Source of the DNA: Yuukianura sp. NJ FZ-2021
Taxonomy: Eukaryota
NCBI GenBank assembly: GCA_046563655.1
Contig: CM102283.1
Span: 1,922,001 to 1,986,000 of the forward strand
Length of the DNA: 64,000 nucleotides
Direction of reading: 5' to 3'
Part shown: in pieces, positions 37,340 to 48,247 of the stretch
Numbering within the stretch: position 1 is the first letter of the stretch
Layout of the letters: every line of letters begins with the position of its first letter
The notes under the pieces: model-generated
Seen by the model: only the letters and a program-made list of their open reading frames with translations
Database searches by the model: none
What the model was told of the DNA's origin: nothing
Program-made: the position numbers and the translations under genes

Positions 37340-40273
37340 TTATGTATTTTTATATAACAATATTTCTAGACAAGCTATTGTGAAAACTATGAATGCGAAT
37401 GACCTCAAGGTCATGTGTGAGCCTGTCGAAACTACCGAGGGTGAACAGACGCTGGATGGAGGAAGTCGTTCCTTGTAGCCTCCAATTTTCAAAACGCGAT
37501 TCTAAAATTTAGAAAAGTTTGTGACCTTTTAACGTTTTTTTTTATTTAAAAACTTTTACTTACTGGAATATCAATTCGAATTCCATGTTCTCCGCTGCAG
37601 TACATGTAGCGTGGGGCTATGCGTAATTCTTCTTGCACAAGTTTGGAAAAACTTTGATTCCGCCAATCCAGATTAGTCATGTAGCTAAGCAATGATTGGT
37701 CACGCAAATTTGGTGGATCACGGATTGTTAACTTTGAAAAAAAGTTGGATTCTGACACAAATTGAAGAACGTAAGCGTCATCTGGTGGTGCAATGGTTTC
37801 GTTTTCTCTAAAAAAAATATCAAAATTTTGAAATCGATACTTGCGTTTGAAAAAAAAATTTCATCCAAGTTTTGATTTTGAACGTACGGTGGGAGGAGTC
37901 TGCGCAGAATGGATCCACTGGCGTTTTTAACTCTGCCCATTGCTTTTAAGTATGCATAGAATTCCGGTTGACTACGACAGTCCGTCAAACTGGTTTTGGG
38001 GTAATACGAGATAAAAGCTTCGCACGTTTCTTCTTTAGGTGAAATGCCACCCTAAGGTCAATTTCAAATTTTAATCCTAAGTTTTCAAAAAAAAATTTTT
38101 TTTTAAACTTACGAAAATAAAATTTGTGTTTCGTGTTGTGTCGTATTCACATTCCATGATGAGTTCGTCTCCAGGAAGAACTGTTACTTCCTTAGCTAAT
38201 CTTCGGTATTGTCGGTATTTGAAATCGTAGTAATTGTCGTACGCCAAAGGTTCGAGTTCTGCGCCATTTCGAATATGACGCAAAGAAAGTTTCACGGCGT
38301 TCCGATTTGCTTGAAGCAAAATACTAATTACTTTGATTCCAGACAGAGAAAATCCCTGAATTTAAAAATTAATTTTTCATAAATTCTCAATATAAATTTT
38401 TGAATTTTGAACTTTTCATGTTCCAGTTTCACCGCGCTTGTGCAATCGCTGGAACAGTGCCCGTAGAGTCGGAAGTTTTCTGGAGTGGCGGTATTGTTAA
38501 GAATGGCGTTCGACGGTAACCGACAGACAGAACAGCGGTGTCAAAATTTCGCAACTTATCGGTGTAGTAGATTCGAAGACCAGAATTATCCATTACTAAA
38601 AAAAAGTATACCGGTAACCCCGTAACCTTAAAAATTTGCGACCATTTTAAAATCCACATTTTTGAAGTTCGTGCTTGCCTGAATGCCCGTAGGGATTCTG
38701 ATACTGAACTTCTAGTTTGAGATACACTTTATCCGTTCCCATCGGATCTCCAATATTTTCTGAATACATTTCACCTAAATCAAGTAAATATGATATTAAT
38801 ATATTAAAATGTATTAATATTTTTATATGAGTGATAATAAATATATGTGTAAAACTACCTTCAGCACCAACCGACAAGGTAAATCGAATTACGTAACAGT
38901 AGTTGGTCCATTCCAATGGAGAGTTGGCGCCAAAACAATTAGTATCTTCGTGGTTTAAATACTTTGCTAAAATATCGTCAGTTCTCCCGATGGCTTCAGG
39001 TACATGACAAGTATAAACTTTAATGTTGTGGACGTACGGTTCACTTTCTTCAGAAATCAGTGGACGATACTGTTTAAAGCAAAAGAATTTGTTTAAAATT
39101 TGGAACAAGGATACAAAAAAAAAGTTTTACTCCAATGATTTGATGCTTTCTGGAAAGTTTCGGAAACTGGAAAATTTGACACAAAGAACTCGAGTTTGTT
39201 TTTGGAATGTCGACCTATAAAAAGGACAAGAATCGACCAATCAGGAAACTTTTGAGTTTTGCGCATGCTCAATGCCTGCAAAAGCTCTTGGTTCGTTTAA
39301 AATTGAAGTTCGAATGCAAATTTTAAGTAAGGAATTAGATTACAGTGGCAAATTAGTAAATATATTTTTACATTGTACATGGCAATGTCCCAGTGCTGAA
39401 TTGTGGAATCGTCTGGAAATATGATTGGTTTGGGATTTGTTTTGAAGTAGACACGGCGCACACCTCGCCGATTCCCAACTCCATGATGGTGAAGAGGTTG
39501 ACCTTCCACGGGGTCACGCGGATGCCATGCCCAGATCAGTCGTATTGCATCGTCCTAAAATGACCTCTGACCTTTAGTTGCATTAAACCTAAGTACTATT
39601 TGACCTCAAGGTCACACAGTTCGTACCCCGATGATCATGTCGTCCTCGTCACAACTGTCCCACTTTCGCTTGAAAACAAAACTGGATTCTCCCTCAACTT
39701 CACTTCCGTAGAGGAGAACGTAGTTCTGATTCTCATCTTCTACTGGAACTCCATTCGTCATGCCATGATAATCCTGCCAAACATTGCAAACAGCCACAAA
39801 ATTCAAATTTTGAAAAAAAAATTGCGAAATGAAAAGTAGTTTGCTCAGAATTTGGAATTTCTTGTTTCACAAATTTTGAAGCTAGATTATAGAAAACCTT
39901 TAAGTGGGCAACACCAGCGTCATCTACCCAACCAATTACGATGTCAGCACCTATAAAATAACGAATTGTAAGTAAAAAAAATTTTCAAACAACTAAAAAA
40001 ATTTTTTTTCTCTTCAAAATTTGGTAGTTTTTTTAAAATCTAACCTGGCATTCCACCAGTAGGTGAAAACCCAAGGCCAACGTATCCCCTTGTCCTGGCC
40101 TTCATTTCGATTGAGATCCACTCTGGATGTCGATTGTCCCACTTGACCTCAAAGCCACCCTCTCCTGCAAAGGTCATGTGATTTGTCCACACAATAGACG
40201 AGTTTGAAGCGCCACTTTCAAAAAGCGCCAAATTCAAATTCAAAACTAGAGCAACTATTGTGTACTTCATCAT
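37340..40273 (-). CDS. DBH-like (MOXD1-like) copy 2, copper ligands lost, one apparent frameshift
   Basis: Paralogous exon structure; GYVGLGFSPTGGM, RKWDSCD, DNSG; 1-nt deletion near 38478. Confidence 0.8.
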
Positions 40274-40761
40274 GGTGATGAACTAGGGTAAAGTCTAAAG
40301 TAAAACTGGATCACGACTAACGGTTTTGTTTAGCACTTTTTTTTAGCAAATACGTGCGGTGGAGTGGAACCTAATGCGGAAGGACTTTAGAGGCATGGCC
40401 TTACATAATTACAAATTAACAAAACACTTTTTTGCAATTTGAATTTTTGTTTTGAATGTGAAAGTAGAACCATAACTTGCACTGTCATAAGCTATGTGTT
40501 TGTAAAAATATTATGTCAGAGAGTTTTTGGAGACAAAAAAAAATTCTGTTGAACTGTTGCTGAATTTCTCATAAAATAAAAAATTTCGACTTTTTTTGAA
40601 AAACGAGAAAAAGTAAAGCAGTTTTTAGATTTAATTTGAAACATGCTTGTATTCACACCTATTATGTACAAATTGGTACTGAACCTAGTATATTTTTTTT
40701 TCGTCATTGTTTAAATATCTTTTTAGATTAAAATTACGTAGTGCGTTAGTTACGTTTCGCT

Positions 40762-43665
40762 TTATACAAGAGTGGAAGGTGAATTTTCCTGCTTCTGTAA
40801 ACTACTTTTCCTTTGTTTCAGAATTTTCTGAATATCTTTTGGGTTGACGTCTGACTTCCTTCGTTTGGGTTTGAGACTCCAGAACTTATGTTCCTTCCCG
40901 AACGCGTCTGCGTCCTCAATTGTCTCCGGAAGATGCTGATGAAGTGTCTCCGGAAGAAAAGCTGTCACGATCATTCCCGTTAGTGACATCAAAGCCATGG
41001 CTAAATATGGAGCTCCAGCATAAAAACGACCCTGGAAAAAGGTCATAGGTTACGTAGGCTAAGCGAAAGGTCAAAGGTCATTGACCTTTTATGTAATCCT
41101 ACCAAATAGACAATTGATGGTCCAAAAATCCCCATGATGGAGCCGACTGTTCCGCAGAAAGAATTTCCGGAAGATCTGAGTGATGTTGGGAAAAGTTCGT
41201 TTGCTTGGAGGTAGAGAATTAAAAACGTGATGGTGATGGAAAACCTACACAAAAATATACACAATTAATAAAAAAAATATCTTATATAAAAATTAATTAA
41301 TTTATCATGTTTTGACATGTTTTGATGTTACTTGGCAGCTACTGCAGAGATGATTACTAGCATAGATGAGTCGGGGAGAGTGGCAGCTACTGTGGCAACT
41401 CCAAACGTAATGACTGATATGATGAAGAAGACGACCTGTGTCCAGCGTCTCCCAAGGGCCCCCAGTAAGTACCCTCCAAGGACACTAGATGGTACTTCGA
41501 TTATTGACAAAATAAAGAAGTTGAAGAATTGGTCACCAGACATGTTCGGAGTGTTGAGTGTAATCGAGTCGTAAATCATGTTGTTCACGGTCCTGAAACA
41601 TAAAATATGCATGTTTACTCTGTATGCTGCAAAAATGTAAGTTAATGTTACTGTGCCACTCTACATGAAATTTCACAGTGCAACCCGCTATACTATATGC
41701 ATAAGTTTACATAATATGTAAGGGAACATTACCATGATATGCAGAGAAGGATAGTATTTTTGGCTAAATTCCGTTTGCTAAAAAGCGTCCAGACTCCAAT
41801 AGTTTTGTGTTCCTTTTGCTGTTGAATGACCCAGACACGGTCCAGCGCAGCTTCCAGTTCCTCTGGTGACATTTTATCTTGAGTGCCATTGACCTTAGCT
41901 ACTCTATGCAAAATCACTGCAGCTTCCTTCACTCTTCCAGCAGAGGTTAACCATCTCGGACTTTCTGGAAGGAACGGCCAGTACAGGAAAGTCACGAACA
42001 TGGGGATGTACGTCACAAGGCCAATGAGGAACCATGTTCCTGCGTAGTAGGCTACGTAAGGCAACGCAGCCATACCGAATACCCAAACAGCCCAGGCAAA
42101 AGATGCTGTGAAACTACGGTATTCGTCGTCTGTGAATTCAGCAATGATCATGCCTGGAATCAAGGTTGTTTAAATCAAAATTTAGTTTTTTTAACAGGTT
42201 ATACCATAACTCCTTTTTTCAAACGTTCAAAGTTTTCGAACCGCACATCTAATAACGCGGCTATGTTGCGTCAGCAATTCGAAATAAAAGCTATGAGGTA
42301 TGACTCAGCAACGTGATAATTAAAAAATTATTGTGAAAATCAAAATTTTTACAAAAGCTTTTTTTTTTCGTGTTTAAAAAAAATCGGAGTTATGGCATAA
42401 CCTGTTAGTGCATTTGTATAAATTGACGCTATAGCAACCTTGCCTGGAATCAAGTATGAGAAGGGGTAACCAGCAGAACTGAAGAACATGGCAACATTGT
42501 ACAAAACGAAGTTGTGAGGCAGGAAGAGCGACAACATGCGAAACACCAGGTAGACGAGGGCTGACAGGAAGAAAATCGGTTTGCGCCCAACTCTAAACAC
42601 ACCAAAATTTATAACAACAAAAAAGGAGTTGGAATTTTAAACATTCTATAAAATTTTGGAATCTGGAAACATTTCCAAAATTTGAAACGTTGTCTTACTT
42701 GTCCGCGAGGAGACCAAAAATGATAGTTCCCGCCACCGAGCCGACGCTGCCTATCGTGAATACATTGGTAGGATAGTGATCAAAGTGACACACCCAGTTG
42801 AATTCACTGGGTATAGTTGACACAAAGTCTGAAGTGTCGTACTGCCACCCATTGGGACAGTCAACTACTGTCCCATTCTGGTCATACATTTGACATTGAC
42901 TAAACCTAGTTTGACCTTCGGCTCCTACAATTCTGAAAACAAAAATTGACATGTCACATTTCTATATGCAGTTGACCTTTGACGTTTGGACTTAGCAAGG
43001 TTTGTCAACAAGAAAATAGTTTTTTCTTAAACAGGTTAACCAATAATTCGAGGTTTTTAGTTTTAAAAATTAGCAAAACTTGGTTCACCGTGCCTTCCTA
43101 ATGATTTATATGTAACCAAATGGATTGGAGGATAAAATTGTTTGGGCGAGATTTTTCGAAAACAGGACTTATTGCTTAACCTGTTAAAGGAAAACTATTT
43201 CGTTGCTAAAGGAACCTTGGAACTTACAAAGGAAGGTGTTTCTGTTTCCATAGCTGCAGTTGTGATTCATTTAAAAACTGGTTGCCCTCCTGGAAGCACC
43301 AGTGATCTGGAATAAACTGGAGGTAGATTGTGCTAAGGCAGGTCAAAGGTGAGATTCCGATGATTGGACACACGAAGGCATAAAACAGGAGTTGCTGAAA
43401 CCGACCTTTTGACCCTAGGCGCTCCAAAATGTCATCGAATTCAGTTATGTCTTCAATTCCACTTCCAGGTTTCCCTCCGTCATCTTCCTGTGGCTGCTGG
43501 ATATTTTATATAAATATATTATAGTGTTACATATATTTTATATAAACGTATTATATATCTATATTTAAAATCCGCCTTATTGATAGCAACTAATACCTGC
43601 TCTGTGTTTTCGATCACGTCCAACTCCGTTGATTGGTCCAAATGATTAGTAGGCAGATGCCGCAT
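40762..43665 (-). CDS. SLC22/organic cation (carcinine-transporter-like) MFS transporter 1
   Basis: STIPSEFNWVC, LADKVGRKP, PESPRWL, GRRW, ELFPTSLR, LPET. Confidence 0.9.
42161..42442. mobile_element. CAAGG-ended MITE inserted in an SLC22 coding exon
   Basis: TIR caaggttg / caaccttg, inverted subterminal taacaggttat(a/g)ccataactcc, exact 8-bp TSD cctggaat at 42153-42160 and 42443-42450. Confidence 0.88.
42996..43219. mobile_element. CAAGG-ended MITE in an SLC22 intron
   Basis: caaggtt..aaccttg ends, ~55-bp imperfect TIRs containing aacaggttaa; degenerate TSD ggacttag / gaacttac. Confidence 0.7.
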
Positions 43666-44548
43666 CGTTCCGAACTTCCAATTTCAAAAACTATCACATT
43701 TCATTGGTTTTTCATTTCCAAATTTTATTTGCACGAAATTTTACTTGGTTTTTAAATTCAAGAACTGATGAAATTTCATTGAGGTTACACGTTTAAACTA
43801 CCAAAGGTTATCCTTATCGACCTCAAACTCAGTGTTACTATACTTTTAATTTTCATTTCATTTTGAAACTGCACTAAAGTTTGCCCTCCAATGTTCTAAG
43901 AAGAGAGGAAGTTTTTAAAATCTTATTTGTATATTTAGTTTAAAATTTTAAATATTTGAACCTCAAAATCACAAACTATAAAAATTGGAAAAAGGAGTTC
44001 AACGGTGAGGTTTTGGAGATGCGTTAGCTGCGTGTGCTGGAATGTACACTGCCGAAATAAATTAGTTAATTTGGACTTGGGGCGTGGACTGAGCAGTTGG
44101 AAGAGACTAAATTAAACTCATTCAGAACCAACTGTAGAGCCTATGCAAAGTTAGCCAAATGTAGTCAAGTAGACAATTAAATATGTTCAATCCAGTTGAA
44201 CTTTGTTAGTGTCCAATCAAAATTTAACTAACCAGGAAAACCATATAGGATAAACTAATCTGGACCACATTTTAAAACTACTTTTTCAAATGGTCAACCT
44301 TCTCGCGGGCCTTCTCCATTCATTTCAAACGTAAAATTTGACTGAATAAAATTTTTTTTTGAGAATCAAGAACATTGGCGAAAATATAAAACAAAGTGAA
44401 GCAACATTTCATTTAAAAAAAAAAGAACATTAAAGAAAACACGGAGCTTGAAGAAAATAGAGTTCCGTTTATTTCTGAGTTTCAAATTCTTTGAATTTTT
44501 TTGTTACGAAAATGTTTGATTTTTTTTAATGTTTAAATTTTGAAATTT

Positions 44549-45756
44549 TTAACTTCGGCCTTTAAGTAGTCTTGACTTGTTTGAACCAAAGTGTTGATGA
44601 ATGTAGTCGTCTCTGGTAGTTGAGGTGTCGATAAGGATGACGCTCAATTTGTCTTCATTTGAATTCTTTTTCGAATCAGAATTTTGCGGTACTTTTGAAA
44701 GCAGAATGGCACAAAATGGTTTTCCTTCAACTTCCTTCTGGAATCGCATGCAGTCTTCTGGAGTGAACTGATTTTTAATCACTTCTACAACTAAATTCAA
44801 ACACAAAAGATTTGAAAACATTGAATTCTGGAAATTTTGAATTTTCAACTTTTTAAAAATTTTGAACTTACAGTGTAGTTTGGCTTCATAAGCTTGAACC
44901 GGAAGCAAGAGGAAGCTCTTCTTCAAAGGTTGAATACACGCGGGTTCTGTCACATGATAAACTCCATGGTCAGTCAAGTACGTCAACACTGGCATGTTTT
45001 CGTTGAACGGTTTCATAATTTGGCACCTTTGAACAAAATTTAAAAAAAAAACGTTTTTAGTACTTCATAATTTTAAAAATTTTTCTAAATGTTGCGAGTT
45101 TTGTATAGCACAGACCTCACCCAACAGTCTGAGTTGTTGTTTTCATCAATGGGGTTGTCTTTAGATAAAATGGCGGTAGAATTTGAATTTTGTGTGGAAT
45201 TTGAATTTGGTGCGGAGTACTTGACGGCGTAGAATCCGTGCAAAGTGAGATCTGAAAATTTTAGTACGGTCAAATTTTTCTGGACGTAGAACGCAGTCAT
45301 TTCATTTTCCAGTTGTTTCAAGTGCTTGGACTGTCGGTAGTTTTGAATCTGCAAATTTTGAAAACAAATTTTTGACAAATTAGTTTTTGTAACTTTGAAT
45401 TCTAAATTTTCAACTTACAGTAAAATTTAAGGGGCTGACGGCATTTTTGACGATGACGTCAACAAACATTGACTTCATAGTGGACAGATCGAATTTAAGT
45501 GGTCCTTCCACTGGAGCTGCAAATTCGTCTTCAGCCTTTTCAGTCGTTTCAGCTTCAACTGTAAACAAAATGGTAAACAATGTGAAATTTTTTGCTATTT
45601 TCGGTTTTCGCCAGTTTTGTTGTTGCCAAAATTACCTGATGACATTCTCCCATAGTAGATCACTTTCGATCCAGTTTTGGTTTCAGCAGGGTCCTCCGTG
45701 ACCATGATGCTGGTCACAGTCGGTATAGATTTTGCAACAGTAGCCATGTTTTTCAT
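44549..45756 (-). CDS. Extended Tudor domain protein (TDRD7-like module)
   Basis: VSPLNFT|IQ..LENEMTAFY..FYAVK..WVR..YLTDHG..IQPLKKSFLLLPVQAYEAKL..LIDTS; about 5 exons. Confidence 0.75.
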
Positions 45757-46189
45757 GAAATTTTGGTGTAACTTTTTACAAAATTCAAAATTTTCAAAAT
45801 TACACTGTAGCACAAACCACACTGGCCTGGTTAAGCTTCAGTTTTACACAGCAACAATTTCACAAAGCACCGAAGGTACTAAAAACTGTACAACTGTAAT
45901 TGAATCCACCAATAAAAAATAACCAACCTTGTCTGGTCTATTGTTCCGCCAATTTTCTACAAACATAAAAATTTTGCACTTGCAAGCAAATTTTAACAGA
46001 ATCCGTCACACACTGCACTTTTCACATTCAAATTTCAAATTTCAATTGAAAACGAATTGACGTTGTTGCGGAATGACGCACCCTCTAAACTTAAACTGCA
46101 TTTTGACACCTACACACGCCTAAAAATTCTTGCCCCGCCCCATCTCTTGTCCTCCACTAACCAAACATTGTGCAAATATTTGTACAAAT

Positions 46190-46520
46190 ATTCCAAATAT
46201 GGCAACCTATGTCGTAAATATGTCCGGTTATGTCGCAAATACTGTGCTCAATGTCGTAAATATGTTCGCTATGTCGCCAATACCATATTATATGTCGTAA
46301 GCTTGTGTTTTGTAGTAAATGAGGTATCAAATTTCACGAATTTGTTGTGGTCTGTGGTGAATATGCTATCTAATGTTGTAAATATGTGATGTTTTGCTGT
46401 AAATATGTGATGTTTTGTTGTAAATATGTAATGTGATATTGTAAATATGATATGCTATGTTGGAAATATGTTATATTATTGTGTAAATATGGTATGGATG
46501 TTGTGTAATATTTGGTATGA
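46190..46520. repeat. Degenerate ~21-bp tandem repeat (gtaaatatgtgatgttttgct-like)
   Basis: Repeated gtaaatatg cores at about 21-bp spacing. Confidence 0.7.
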
Positions 46521-47595
46521 TGCACAATGAAGATGAGTAATGGAAGTTTAGGTTTTAGGTGGAGACTTGTAAGTGTACTGAATGTATTGAAGGTGGTTTA
46601 GGTTGGAGGTCGTGCCACTTCCACTTGCACGGTGCAAAAGAAATGCAAAAATGAACGTGCTGAGGAATTTAGGAAATTGGCAGAAGTGCACAGCACACAA
46701 ATTGTAGTCCACACCCACAGTTTCACAATTTCCAAACCACGATTAGTAATTACACTTGTTCAGTGGAAGTCTTCTTCCCACTGAAAAGCTAATCACAATG
46801 TCATTCTGCACAGAGACAAAAAATATTTAGGTAGAACAATCAAAGTGATAAGGAGATGAGCCACTAACTATATAGTAGTTAATCTACTTTAGTTTAATTG
46901 CAGACACTTTAACTTTTTAAGTGTTTTTATGAAATTAACTGGTTTTGGGTTTCTGTTTTTTGGCGTCAATCAGATATTGATCAATCAAAAGTGAAACAAA
47001 ACAGCAAAAAATGACTAAAAGGTGAATCAAGGAGTAAAAAAAATTGAAATTTTTAATTAAAAAGTTGGAAAAGTTTGCTGAAAAAAGTTGAAGTAGAACA
47101 AAGCCGTGCATGCAATCATATAATTGCACGGAAAGTTTGCATACGAATTTGAATTTCGTTTTTTTTTTAATTCTGATTTCTTTTACGTTAAGAATTTTCC
47201 CAAGAAGATTTACGGAATTTGTTACAAGCTTCAAAGGTCAAGTTAAACACAGTTCAATTTTGAAACTGGTTTGACATTTTTAAATTTGGTAATTTGGAAA
47301 ATCAACTTTAACTACAAGTTCATGTTTTTCTAAAAGTAGGAAGAATGAGTTGCAAAAATTCTTTGGCAAGGTCACATGTAATTTTTTTTTGCAAAAGCGC
47401 AAACAGGGATTGTGTATGGTGTAACTCAATTGAGTTTTTGCACATTCCAAGCAGATGTAAAAAGTGATCAATTATTTCCGTGTCATTGTGGCTCAAGCTG
47501 AAACAAAAAAATTGTCGTTCTAACTTTGTAACAATATTTGTACTAAGGAATTTTGCCAACACAAAAAAATCGTACAAAATATATGTACAGTTTTA

Positions 47596-47897
47596 GGACA
47601 CGCCATTTCATCGAATGAATTACATCGAAGCGAATTTCCCCGAATGAATTTCCCTGAAACCATTTACAACAACGAGAGTTGAAACAAATTAACAACAAAA
47701 GTCGAATTTCAACTAAAGACAAATAACAACTAAACTCAAATTACAACGAATTTTGTTGTCATTCAACTTTCGCCATAATTCAACTTTAGTTGTAATTCCA
47801 TTTTCGTTATAATTCGCCTAGGTTTAATTCAATTTTGTTGTAATTGGTTTCGGGGAAATTCGCTTCGCTGTAATTCATTAGATGAAATGGTAAGAAG
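47596..47897. mobile_element. MITE-like long inverted repeat
   Basis: ccatttcatc(g/t)aatgaattaca..gcgaatttccccgaa mirrored at both ends; internal acaac/gttgt modules; possible TTA flanks. Confidence 0.7.
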
Positions 47898-48247
47898 TTA
47901 ACCTTGAACGTTGTCAATTTGTTAACAGTTAGAAATTTATTCTGAGCAATGCCGGTCGGAGCAATTTATTCGGAGTAATGGCATGGAGCTAAAGCTCACC
48001 ATTGAATTTACTTAAACTAATTGATGTTGCAATTAAAATTATTATATGAATTAATGAAGTAGCATTTCCTTTTAACTAAAAACTACACGAGAGAGTTGTT
48101 TCCAAAAATAATACTTTTTTATGATGCTGGGAAGATGGAAAAAGTCGCAGTTTAACAGCCTTCGGGTTTAGTTAGCTCCAGTCCAGTATGATTAGGTTCA
48201 ACTACGGTTAGGTTCATTAGGCTAACTGAGATTAAATTAGTTAAAAT

